This document shows positions 24,185 through 34,942 of a stretch of DNA of 63,587 nucleotides, piece by piece. The position numbers and the translations under genes were made by a program. Position 1 is the first letter of the stretch, and each line of letters begins with the position of its first letter. This stretch comes from Hydrolagus affinis. Its lineage: Eukaryota. The stretch is from positions 1-63,587 of the forward strand of contig JAAILG010001652.1 of the NCBI GenBank assembly GCA_012026655.1, in the 5' to 3' direction. The notes under the pieces are model-generated. The model had not been told where the DNA came from and did no database searches. It saw only the letters and a program-made list of their open reading frames with translations.

Positions 24185-27100
24185 TCTTTTAGTTTTTCTT
24201 TTTTTTTCAATCTTGTTCTATCATTCTTTGTGGTCTTTTTATTTCTCTTCCACATCTGGTTGACCTCCCAGTTTCTGCCACTCCTTTGCTCTTCCTTCTG
24301 ATTTTCCCTTTTCTCCAGTATCTTCTTTACGGTTTTTTGCTTGATGTCCCATGATGTTCGTCTATATATCTTTCCGTTTTCATCTTTTATCCAATAGGAT
24401 CTGGGGTTCTTATTGTTCTCCCAAATATTTCCTTTGATCCAGCCTTCCGTTTTCAGATTTTTTCTCTGAAACCATACAGTTTATTCTTTTTTTAAAAAAA
24501 AGTTTTTTCCTTCTGTAGGCTAATAATGCCAAATGTTTATCTTCCTTTCATTCCACAGCTTTCTTCTGCATTTTCTTTAGTGTTTGTATTTTTCTTTCTA
24601 CCATCCCATTGCTTTGTGGATATCTTGGTGATGATGATCGATGATGTACGGTGATCTATCTCTCACTGTTTTGTGAATGTTTTTATATTCAGCACTCGCA
24701 AATTGTGGCCCATTGTCGCTTATTATTTCTGTAGGTATGCCACGCCCGGCAAATATTTCATTAGTTTTCTCTATCGCTGTTTCTGCAGTTGTATCATTTA
24801 ACTGCATATTCACTATATCTTGAGGTATAGTCTACAATTAATAATAATCTTTCCTATTATCACAAAGCATATCTGTTCCTATTTTCGTCCATGTCAAGTT
24901 TGGTCTCTGATGATCCATTAAGGGTTCATACCCTGGCCAAAATACTATTTATCTTGCTCTTATCTTCACTCTTTCTGTTCCCCAATGCCCTTCATGTAAG
25001 TTTCTCCAAAATAAATTTCTTAACTGACTTGGAATCATTGTCCTATGTCCTCTATATATTATTCCTTTTTGCTGATATATTTCATTTCTATACTCCCAAT
25101 AGGTTCTTACCTCCTCTGTTGCCTCTTTTCTATTTCTGGCTAACTCTTGTATAGCATCTTTTGAATTTGTTTGCTAACTTTATCTTTTTTGTTTGCTTCA
25201 ATTATTTCGTTCTCAAGTCTTGTTGCTTTTGTGATTTCTGACACTTGGAACTCCATTTCCATTTCAAATTGTTTATCTTCCTTATTCCCTTTTTGACATG
25301 TGGCCCTACTTAGTGTATTTGCCATGAATAAGGTATTTCCTGGCTTATATCTAAATTGTACCACTAAATTGTACATTTGTAGCCTTATTCGCATTCTTTG
25401 TAATTTCGGTGATGTTTCGTTTAGTCCTTTCTGAAAAATTGCCTCTAATGGTCTGTGACCATTTTCAATTATTACTTTCTTTCAAATATATACTGTTTAA
25501 ATCTTCCCCATCCAAATACTACTGCTAAACATTCCTTCTCCATCTGTGCATATTTGTTTCTGTCTCCTGTAGAGCCCTCAAAGCATATGCTACCGTTTTT
25601 CCTTCCCGAGTTAAAGTTGCTGCTTACCCTGTCTTACTTGTGTCTACAGATATTTTAAACTGGTGCATGTACATCATAAAATTTTAACGCTAGAGCTTTT
25701 CTGTGAGCCTCCTTCATTTGCTGAAATCCTTTTTTCCGTTCTTTTTCCCACATGAACTCCCATTTTTCTTTTATCAGCTCCTTTATTGGTTCCATTATTT
25801 CTGTTACTTCGGCAATAAATCTTGCAACCCAATTGACCATTTCCATAAGCCTTTTATTCCTTTTATATCTTATCAGTGCAGAAATCTTTCTTATTGCTAT
25901 TACATTTTGCAGATCAATTTTTAACTCTTGTTGGATAATTATATGTCCCAAGTATTTTACCTTGGTTACTCCTATTCTGTATTTTCCTTTGATCAGCTTT
26001 ATATTTTCTTCCAAACATTTTTTCAATACCTTCTCCAACCTTTCATCGTGTTCCTTTCGTGTTTTACCATATATCAAAATATAATCAATATAATTGATCA
26101 CCCCTGATATTTCTTCTAATATTTGTGATAAGCTTTTTTTGAAACACCTCTTGTGTTGACTTGATGCCAAAGGGCATTCTTTGAAAACAATATCTCCCAT
26201 ACGGTGTCATAAACATTGTCACATGCTATCCTTTGACAATTTCATGTGCCAATACCCAGAAGAGCAATCTAATATTGAGAAGTAACTAGCTCCATGTAGT
26301 AAAGCATGTACAACTTCTAAAGTGGGAATAGCATAATGTTCCCTTTTTGTAGCCCTTTTTAACTGTTGGATCTAAACACACTGATTCGCCCTCCACTGAT
26401 GGGCAAATCAGTGACTCGTGGTCACAGACTTAAAATAGCTTCAAAACAAAGCAGAGGGGAACTGAGGAGAAATGTTTTCACTTGTTCGAATCTGGAATGC
26501 ATTGCCTGAAAAGGTGATGGAGGCAGATTCCATAACAGCTTTTAAAAGGGAACTAGATCTTTATTTAGTAAGAGCAGGTCATTTAGGTTATGGGGAGAAA
26601 GCGGGACAGTGGGATTGAGTTGCTCTTTTCAAAGAGCCGGCACAGACTAGATGGGCCGAATGGCCTCCTTTTGTGCCGTATTAAAAAAAATCCTAATGAT
26701 TTTGTCTGGTTTCTCAATGATTACCACTACACTCACTCACTCAGTGAGTTTGTTCATTTTTTTTATTATTTGGTCCATTTCCATTTGGTCCAATTTGTCT
26801 TTCAGCCTTTTTTTTTTATTGCCTCTGGTACTCTTTAATGGCTGAATTGTTGGTAGTATTATCTCATCTAATTGAATCATATACTCTCCTTTCATTAATC
26901 CTCTCATTCCAATCACCTGTTTATATTGTTCTACTATTTCTTCTATCTCCCTTGGTTCACTTTCCTCTATTTTCACATTCCCAAATTATTATATCCTCCA
27001 ATCCTAGTAAAGTATCAGCTTTTACGTTTACAATGTAGAATTGTACTCTGTGTTGTCTCCCTTCACTTCTATCTGTACTCTGCCCACTGTGTCAATTTCT

Positions 27101-27480
27101 CATTTGTTATACACCATTAGTTTATCTTTCTTTTTCTCCATGCTTTCCTTATTTGGTTCTCTCAATCTTACATATTATTCCCATGCCATTACAATGGCCT
27201 GTTCTCTTGTATCTAATTTGCACTCATTACTTTCCTTACATTTTTTACACCATAAATTTACTTTCCACTCATTTTTTCTTTTGTGTATATGGTCTTTATT
27301 AATTCCACAGTTTCAATGTTGTACTCTTCTTGTTCTTGTTTCTCTGAATTCTATATCTGAGCTATCTCTTTTTTCATATTCCCCTAATTTAATTTGCCCA
27401 ATTCTGGCTTTCCTCGGTTTATTTGACCTCTTATACTCTCTCTTCATTCTGTTTGGCTTTTCTTCTTTGCCTTCTCTTTT
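24185..27480 (-). mobile_element. Decayed Ty3/Gypsy LTR-retrotransposon internal region (RT-RNaseH-integrase), Mag-like
   Basis: Motifs in Gypsy order on minus: EKPDKIIR/VCLDP, EHYAIPT, YFSILDCSSGYWH, NYIDYILIYG, VKYLGHII (RT); YAQMEKECLAVVFG, LQRMRIRLQMY..YKPG (RNaseH); LHEGHWG, VFWPG, WTKIGTD, LIVDY, GIPTEIISDNGPQF, PRSYW..GKIYRR (IN). Many stops/frameshifts; no LTRs seen. Confidence 0.93.
26382..26690 (+). mobile_element. CR1 LINE 3' end inserted in the Gypsy RT
   Basis: TRGHRLK..RGELRRNVF..IWNALPEKVMEADSITAFKRELDLYL..GYGEKAGQWD*, then GATGGGCCGAATGGCCTCCT 3' motif. Confidence 0.93.
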
Positions 27481-27516
27481 CGAATAGTGCCATGGGATCT
27501 TTACCATCCACCTGAG

Positions 27517-27822
27517 TATAATAATAATAATTCTGGCATTTGATATAAGGCTTTTCACATTTTCTAGACATCTCAAAGCACTTCACAGAATATACAGAAT
27601 ATATGAATATGTAAAGTGAATTACTGCGAAATGTTGCAGCCGATTGCTCACAGCAGCGCCCCACAAACAGTTATGGATCGAAATGACCAATTTATTCTAG
27701 GTTTTTTTGGACGGATTGTTATTAGGCATGTAGAGTAAGGAAACTTGGCCCAAGATCTGCCTGGATTCGATACACAGTCTCACGCTTGTAAGGCGAGTGC
27801 TCTAACCACTGATCTACAGTAC
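27517..27822 (-). mobile_element. tRNA-derived SINE, short form, possible 7-bp TSD
   Basis: (ATA)n tail to head GCTTGTAAGGCGAGTGCTCTAACCACTGA; CACCTGA at 27509-27515 and 27825-27831. Confidence 0.92.
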
Positions 27823-27835
27823 TGCACCTGAAGGG

Positions 27836-27970
27836 TCTTCAAAGCACTTCACAGAATATACTGTAAAGTGCAGTAACTGTATGTTTTGTGGGTGAATCAG
27901 GGCAGCCAATTCTGCACAGTAGTGTCCCACAAACAGTCGTGGATTGAGTGATCAAATTATTATTATTTTT
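27836..27970 (-). mobile_element. tRNA-SINE body/tail fragment
   Basis: CAAAGCACTTCACAGAATATACTGTAAAGTG..GTGTCCCACAAACAGTCGTGGATTGAG. Confidence 0.85.
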
Positions 27971-27999
27971 TGTAATATTTAAATTGCGGCTGCCTAGCT

Positions 28000-28492
28000 G
28001 AACACACTGATTCTTGGCCAGGGTGAATGGTTAAGCAAACTTCTTTCCTCCACACACCTCAGTTTACCCAGCAGGAAGTAGGAACCCGGTTGATAGCAAA
28101 TTGGAGGATCACTTACCCGAGGGCAGAAACTCTTCAGAAAAAGTTTCTAAAAAAAAAACAAATAACAATAATAAAAATAAAAAACACAGTCAATTCACTT
28201 TACAGTATACAGTGAAACCTCGCACATTCTGAAAGCCAGCAACTCCCTAAAACTAGCAATATTTCAAAATACATATAGTATTATATTTTTTGCAATGTCC
28301 AGCAAATCTTCCAAAGTTCGGAACAGCGGCTTGCAGTTCCCGGCATGACCACTGTGTCATCTGTCATCAAAAGTGTGTCATCAAAAGAACCGTGCTGGAT
28401 TATTGAGATTTTACTGTAGTTTGTAAAGCACTTACAGAAGTCTCAAAGATGTGATAAGAATGTTATATCAAATGCAAGCATTATTATTATTG
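28000..28492 (+). mobile_element. tRNA-SINE, long form, decayed and interrupted by a MITE
   Basis: CCACACACCTCAGTTTACCCAGCAG central segment; tail split at CTTTACAGTATA, resuming TGTAAAGCACTT..(ATT)n. Confidence 0.75.
28210..28416. mobile_element. Tc1/mariner-pogo (Tigger-like) MITE, 207 bp
   Basis: TA|CAGTGAAACCTC ... GAGATTTTACTG|TA: terminal inverted repeats 10/12 matching, TA duplication. Confidence 0.75.
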
Positions 28493-29854
28493 TTGGAACT
28501 CAGAGCAACAACAACAGCAAACTTTAAATTAGAATTTTAAATTCTCACTTTGAGTCTTTGTCCGTGTCACAAACTCATTTGTGATGAGGATTATCTGATG
28601 ATTTGGTAGAAAGAACAATAAGGAGTACAAAGTTATACCCGTGCAGGATTGTATCAACAGGGATTGCCCCAGTTACAGATGGTACTGCAACTAGACTCAG
28701 TTTCATTCATTTTATCAAACTTGTCAGTTTGCAAAATACAGTACCATGAATCACCAGGCTCCTCCAGACATAGTCAAGCTGCTGATGTAGCAAAAACTGT
28801 TGTGGACAATAGAAATTTCGCTACACAAAATATCCGACTATTTAAAACACAGGACTGATACGATTGAGCAATAGATCTCCTGTATTTCCAACTCTCTATA
28901 ACATCCAAACATATCAAATGCAAGGGATTATTATTATTATCCAGTTGGAAAGATGTCCTTCCACCTGCCCTTTTAGGTAATGGTTGACTCCCATGAATTT
29001 CAAGCATACAGAGGATAAAAGGTCCACTTGTGGTAACTGAAAACCATGTGAAGAGAGAAACGTAAACAGCCTTCCATTCTTCGTGCTGGCCGCTCAGTCA
29101 GGGATGATAAATTTTGACTTGATTTCTAGCCAAGCGTGTGCCAGATTACTGATAACGTGTGCTAGAGTTTCGCATCAGCTAATTGAGAAACTCTAGTAGA
29201 AAATGAGCACATTCTTTTTTACACAGCTGCAATTCACTGAGCACACATCAGCCCTTAACAGGCAGTTTGTTAAAAGAGCTTATTTAGGCTAAATCTTTCT
29301 TAAACGTTTGTCAGACCTTAATTGCAATGCATGATTCTTTTTCCTGTTTCACTTTAGTTCACAATATCCTGACAGCACACATAGCTAACATTTTTAAAAA
29401 GGGTCACATTTTTCAGGGAGGGTGGGGGGGAGGTTCCCATGAAACTCCTCAATTTTGTTTCATCCCATCATGCCTCTTCCGGCCACATTCCTAAAAAGTG
29501 ATGGGATAGGCTCGATTGGCTGAATGGCCTAATCCTGTTCCTATATTTTATGTTCCTACGTTCTTTCAGGTGAAAGACTAGGGGACTTCTAGAAATCCAC
29601 CCGAATGCATAATATTGGCATGTACAAGCTTCCATAACGCAACTGGCTTTTTCAGTTCATTTTAACCAAATATGAGAATATGACATTGATTGATTTTCCT
29701 ACGAGACTAACATGCGATTCCATTTCACTGATTGCCATTGCCTTGATAATAACTGGCATTTCTGTGACACTGGTTGGAGGGTTTATAATGCTGACTGGCT
29801 TTTAGTTGAATTGACATTGTCTGGTATTCCTGTGACACTGACTAGAGTTCCTGT

Positions 29855-29954
29855 NNNNNNNNNNNNNNNNNNNNNNNNNNNNNNNNNNNNNNNNNNNNNN
29901 NNNNNNNNNNNNNNNNNNNNNNNNNNNNNNNNNNNNNNNNNNNNNNNNNNNNNN
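29855..29954. other. Assembly gap (100 N)
   Basis: 100 Ns followed by C19 homopolymer at 29955-29973. Confidence 0.99.
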
Positions 29955-29974
29955 CCCCCCCCCCCCCCCCCCCA

Positions 29975-30064
29975 ATCCCTTTGGCCCTCATCCCCACTCA
30001 GGTGATAAATTTGGACTATTGAGCGCCTTGGAAATCCTCCCGACATGAAAGATGTTATATAAAT
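29975..30064 (+). mobile_element. L2 3' tail
   Basis: GACTATTGAGCGCCTTGGAAATCCTCCCGACATGAAAGATGTTATATAAAT. Confidence 0.75.
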
Positions 30065-30715
30065 TCCTATGACACTGACTGACATTCCTATTTCTTGTGA
30101 CATTGACTGATGTTAATACTACAGCCCTTGTCCACCCAGTCTTCTTAACTCAAAGATGGCACTTGTTCCTGAACTAAGATGCTCTAGTTAAGTGCTCACA
30201 AACAATTGTGCGTTATCCACACTTCGAATATTTTAAAGATCTTCAAATATTCTCCTCTTTTTGCATTTCAATTTGTTTCATACTGAGAATCTGTCTTTGA
30301 TACATTCAAGCCTGTTTTTTTTCTCTAATCTCATTCCAATGCATCCATGCCCTTTTGAATGTAGGGTGCCAAATATTGGTCTTGATAGTTTTAATCTGGC
30401 CCCAACAGTGATCCATATAAAGTTAAAACTTATTTTGACAAAATGTAATTCTCCCAAGATGCAGCCCAATACTTGGCTGTTTTTTTTTCAATGAAACTTG
30501 TATGAATATAGTGACGTTCGTGCAGTCTCGTGTCTCAGAATGCTCCACAGTAGTGGAGTAGGATGCCAAGTTTGGGAGAAGGGGCAGATGACCGGAAACA
30601 TGATCTTTAAATAGACAGATAGACAATAAGACAGACAAAGATTGAGAGATTGAGGCAGAAAGATCTGAGATTAGGGTTGTAGTGATTTTTGGTGTTGCAG
30701 GGGATTAGGGCATAT

Positions 30716-30793
30716 TTACAGTATATTCTGTAAACCGCTTTGAGATGTCTAAAAGATTTGAAAAGGATGATATCAAATGTAAGGATTATTATA
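30716..30793 (+). mobile_element. tRNA-SINE 3' tail fragment
   Basis: TTTACAGTATATTCTGTAAACCGCTTTGAGATGTCTAAAAGA..AAATGTAAGGATTATTAT. Confidence 0.8.
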
Positions 30794-30934
30794 TAGGAAT
30801 GTAGGAATAAGATATCAATGGTCCTATTGACCCTGCTCCACTGCAGCGAATTCCATAGACTAATGCACTTCTAGCTCACTTTATCCCACTTTCCTGTCTT
30901 CTCACTACAATAATAGAAACAATAGTAATTATGG

Positions 30935-31345
30935 ACCTTACATTTGCAACAGTGCCTTTTATTTCGGGAGAATATCTCAAAATGCTTCAGGGGATGTACT
31001 GAATCAGTGTATTTTGAAGGTGAACATGGCAGCCAATTTGTGCACAGAAATGCCCCACAAATTAAGTGTGACCAATTTTATTTTGCGGATTGTTGGCCAG
31101 GGAATCAAGAGAAATTCCCTTGTCTTTACAAAAAGTCCCACGGGATCTTAAATGTCCACCTGAATAGACAGGTATGACCTCACGTTAACATCTCACCTGC
31201 AGGACAGCATCTCCAATGATACAGCACACACCCAACTCTGTATTGGATTGTCCACCCATGAGCATGTGACTTAATAGGCTAACCAGACATGTGTCCTGAT
31301 TCCCTAATCTTCAGACTCAGAGGTGGACCAACTGAGCCAGGCTGC
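30935..31345 (-). mobile_element. Deu-domain SINE, near full length
   Basis: GGCAGCCAATTTGTGCACAG, GTCCCACGGGATCTTAAATGTCCACCTGAATAGACAG, head CAACTGAGCCAGGC. Confidence 0.8.
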
Positions 31346-31616
31346 CACACCTTGAATATTTTGAATTAAGTATCTATCCATACTGATGACAGAGTGACTT
31401 TGGTGTGATTACAGAGATAGAACAGAACATGCTTCTTAATTGTATTTCTTCATGAACCTCATCTATCTGTAGCTTCAACATGAGGGGCGTTATCAAATGT
31501 CAGTCAATCAGTATGAAACAGAGTGTACAGAGGAAAGTGCAATATGTTTGTGTCACAACTGTCGGGCAATGTATCACATGGATCTGACACAATTCCTGTC
31601 TCTCGTCTATACCTAG

Positions 31617-31696
31617 AATGGAGTCCACAGAGAAATGTGAAGTAGTAATTCAACATTTTAATGGGAAATATCTGAAAATGCCACCAGGCGTGCCAG
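31617..31696 (+). CDS. RBMS3: RBMS3 internal coding exon (RRM2 C-terminal part; human exon 6 equivalent from memory), 80 nt, phase 2 to 1
   Basis: CTATACCTAG| acceptor and CAG|GTAAGA donor; encodes (R)[26 protein letters not shown]; start of ORF 31618..31833. Confidence 0.96.
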
Positions 31697-32099
31697 GTAA
31701 GAGCCTTTCCTTTGTTAATATGGTAGCACCTCACCTCTTTACACTTCAGAAATTGTGCTTTTTTTGCAGCTCTTTCAGATATAAGTTAGCTGGAGATTGT
31801 GTTGATTGTGAAATGTCTGGCATTACTCAATAGGATTTTATTTTCTCACTGTTCAAGTCATTTCTTCACAATTCTTGCATTTTACATTAACCTATGGTAC
31901 CTCACTAATAACAGCAGCATAGTGCAGTTTGTTGACCTCCCCAAACAGCAAGAGTCTTCTGTATCCAAGCTCATACAAGAAAAATATAGAGGAGGAAGGG
32001 AGTGAGGGAGTGAATGCAAAGGGTTTAAAGTAATTTTTTTTTCATTATGGACAAAACATCACCAAGACATGTTTGTGGCCTTAAACTCAGAAAGAGGAG

Positions 32100-32308
32100 G
32101 CTGAATAGACAGTTTAGATTTAATGACTTTACATAGAGAATAATAAACAGTTTTGCAAGTAGAGACTGACAGTTTTAAGAGGGAATTTGATCAAGTTCAA
32201 ACATTGAAGGGGATTTAGGGATTGTGAGTAAAATGAAATTATTTGTAAATGGGACAGGCCAGATGGTCTGTGTGGCCCTTTCTAATCTTGTACATTCCTT
32301 GTGTTCCT
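32100..32308 (+). mobile_element. CR1 LINE 3' end, decayed
   Basis: TTTAAGAGGGAATTTGAT (FKREFD) and GATGGTCTGTGTGGCCCTTT 3' motif. Confidence 0.6.
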
Positions 32309-32476
32309 ATAATAATAATAATAATCCTTCCATTTGATATAGCGCTTTTCACGTCTTCTAGACATCTCAAAGCGCTTCATAGAATATACTGTAAAGTGAA
32401 TTAACTGTATATATGTGGGCAAAACTCGACAGCCAATTGCGCACAGCAGTGTCCCACAAACAGTCGTGGATTGAAA
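32309..32476 (-). mobile_element. tRNA-SINE 3' half, CpG-retaining
   Basis: (AAT)n CCTTCCATTTGATATAGCGCTTTTCACGTCTTCTAGACATCTCAAAGCGC..CAGTCGTGGATTGAAA. Confidence 0.92.
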
Positions 32477-32897
32477 CTGCATTTTTCTATAAACTGCATA
32501 ATTGAATTTGAGTGTTTCTTTTGGTCTTCTAAAGCACAGTATGGATTATTTTTATTGTAATCACTGCTCACACCACCAACAGTTCATGCAATAAGACACA
32601 GTTGGGTTACTTTTAACTGTAAGGATTTCTGACCTCTTGTTGCTGGGTGAAAGGCAATTGCTTTAAAGTGAGGCTGGCATTGTGGGCGAGGACAGTTTTC
32701 TCAGTTGATACTTGATGACCTACTCAGTGAAAGTTACATTTGCAAAGTCCTCGATATTGCAGGAACGCAGGAACTGTTTCCAAAATTTAATTCAACACAA
32801 CTTGTATTTATATAATGCCCTTCACTTAACATTATGTTTCAGAACACTTTCCTGTGATAGTGACAGCCCCTAAGTAGAGGAGAGGGGGAAGGGGGCC

Positions 32898-33570
32898 AAT
32901 AACAAGAAATTACATTTGTATAGCGCCTTTCACATCAAGAGGACGTACCAAGGAGCTGGGTAGTCAAGGACTTGGACTTGGGCAGGAGATTAGGATCAGG
33001 AGGGAGGGAGGCTAGGGGTACGAAGGTGGCCTGAATGCATGGTCGACAGAGAGAGTCTTGATATGTACCTTGAAGGATGAAAGCAGGGAACAAGGTGAAG
33101 GGATGTGGGGTAGACTTCCAAATGGTGGGTTCAGTAAGCTGAAAGCCCAACTACCGATGGTGGGAGATGTAAAGCAGGCTAGAGTGGACAGGTTGAAATG
33201 GGGTTAGCATTTCGCAGAGTTGGGAAGGAGCAAGACCATGGAGGGCTTTGAAAACAAGGATGAGAATATTTAACTTTATCCTCTTGGGGTTGGGGAGCCA
33301 ATGTAGCCGGGTGAGGGTGGGGGTGATAGGCTCACGGAGCTTAATGTGGGAGAGGAAATAAGCTCTGGCAGCTTGTAAAGGGAAGAATTGGAAAGGCCAA
33401 GAAGCTGGGAGTTGGCTTGGTTGAGCCTAGATATAATAAATATAGGTGCTGTCAAAGAGGCAAGCTTCAAGATGGGATCAGAAAATGGATCGAATGGGTG
33501 TGAGGTAGAGGCGTTGAGGGAATTCAATAGAATGGTCATAGATTCGGAAAGCTTGGCCAACAATGGTGGC
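32898..33570 (-). mobile_element. L2 LINE 3' fragment
   Basis: ORF 33276..33587 IFIISRLNQANSQLLGLSNSSLYKL; L2 tail at 32898. Confidence 0.8.
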
Positions 33571-34354
33571 ACAGGTAGGGCGACCAATTAAACAACCTCA
33601 TGACCAGCGCTACTTATAAATCTTAGAACACTGGAGTATCAAAGGTCAAAGGTGCTCATATTAATTTTCAGCTGCTTTTCTGTGAGGTGGGGAGTGTGGG
33701 ATGGAGGTGTACACTTCAACATTCCATTCCAGGTATGTGGACAGTGTTGAGGATAATTATTGTGGGTACCTTGGCTAAGTGAGATGGAAAAATAAATTAA
33801 CCCTTTATTCAGGACTTTTTAAATTCAAACTTGCAGCATTAGGCAATGAGTTTTACATGCGCAACGTCATAAATCAGCATGCAGTGTTCTGCTGGCCTGA
33901 GCTGTTTGAACTAGATAAGAATAAATATCAACCCTGTCACATTTGCCAGTGGAAGATTTCGGGTTTGTGTGTGAGGCTGTGATACACTGTGACCATCCCT
34001 TGAATCGTCCGAGTAATACTGTACTGCAGGTATCATTGCAAGTACCAAATTGCTGAGGTACCTGAGCACATGACTGGTAAGATAAATATGAAGTCTGTGT
34101 AGGACTGCAAAGCGCGCGCAAAAGTTAACACAGATCAAAACCCTCAGTATCTGCATATCTATTTGTACTGATACAAAGGGTCACTATTGCACAGTGTGGA
34201 ATATAAATTGTTGTTGTAATACCAGTATGAATTTGTGGTCATTGGGAATAAAGGTTAGCACTAAACACAGCCAAAACTTTACACTTGCAAGAGAAATGGC
34301 AATATTTAATACTCACTAATACACAGGAATGACTTATAAACAACCATAAAGAGA

Positions 34355-34660
34355 ATGAAACTCCCTGCTCTTTTTGAAAAGTGCCATGGATTCTTTAACT
34401 TCAACAACAACAACAACTTGCATTTATATAGCGCCCTTCACATGGGGTAGAGTTCTGGTGCGCTTAACTTCCACCTGAACTAGCACAGAAGGGAACTCTA
34501 TGTAACATCTCACCTGAAGGATGACACCTCCAAAAATGTAGCAACTCCCCAGTACTACATTGGAGTATCATCTTAGACTATGTGAATTCCAAGTCTTGTG
34601 GTTTGAACCTATAGCCTTCTGACTCAGAGGCGAGTGTATTACGAACTAATCCAGATGGAC
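34355..34660 (-). mobile_element. Deu-domain SINE with nested 61-bp L2-type tail (34403-34463)
   Basis: ACTCCCTGCTC..AGTGCCATGGA core; TTAACTTC duplicated at 34395-34402 and 34464-34471. Confidence 0.85.
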
Positions 34661-34880
34661 ACACAATCTTATCTTCAAAACGCTCCCCTCAACATTTTTG
34701 CCATCAGTGAAGCCCCAATTTCTTACTGAAGGAGAGCAAGCACCACATACTATCACCCATATCAATAAAATATGCACCAAGTACAGAAAGAGAATATTTC
34801 AGCCGTGTGCAATTGAACACAACCACTAGCTCTTTCACGCAGCAGGGGAAATACATGAAAAAATGTAAATCTACTGATAT

Positions 34881-34942
34881 AACAACAACAAAATTACATT
34901 TATAGCGCGCCTTTCACTTCGGGAGGACGTCCCAAGGCGCTG
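34881..34942 (-). mobile_element. Minimal L2 3' tail
   Basis: AACAACAACAAAATTACATTTATAGCGCGCCTTTCACTTCGGGAGGACGTCCCAAGGCGCTG. Confidence 0.88.

Larger units (their letters stand above)
21058..31616 (+). other. RBMS3: RBMS3 GT-AG intron, phase 2, ~10.6 kb (contains an assembly gap)
   Basis: GT at 21058, AG at 31615-31616; joining gives AG+A = Arg and continuous GFARMEST. Confidence 0.92.

Noticed and set aside
25655-26200. 181-aa RT ORF as a functional or domesticated gene
   Set aside because: Catalytic YxDD broken (YIDY) and neighbouring domains are full of stops and frameshifts.
31697-31833. C-terminal part of ORF 31618..31833
   Set aside because: Lies beyond the strong CAG|GTAAGA donor; similarity to RBMS3 ends there.
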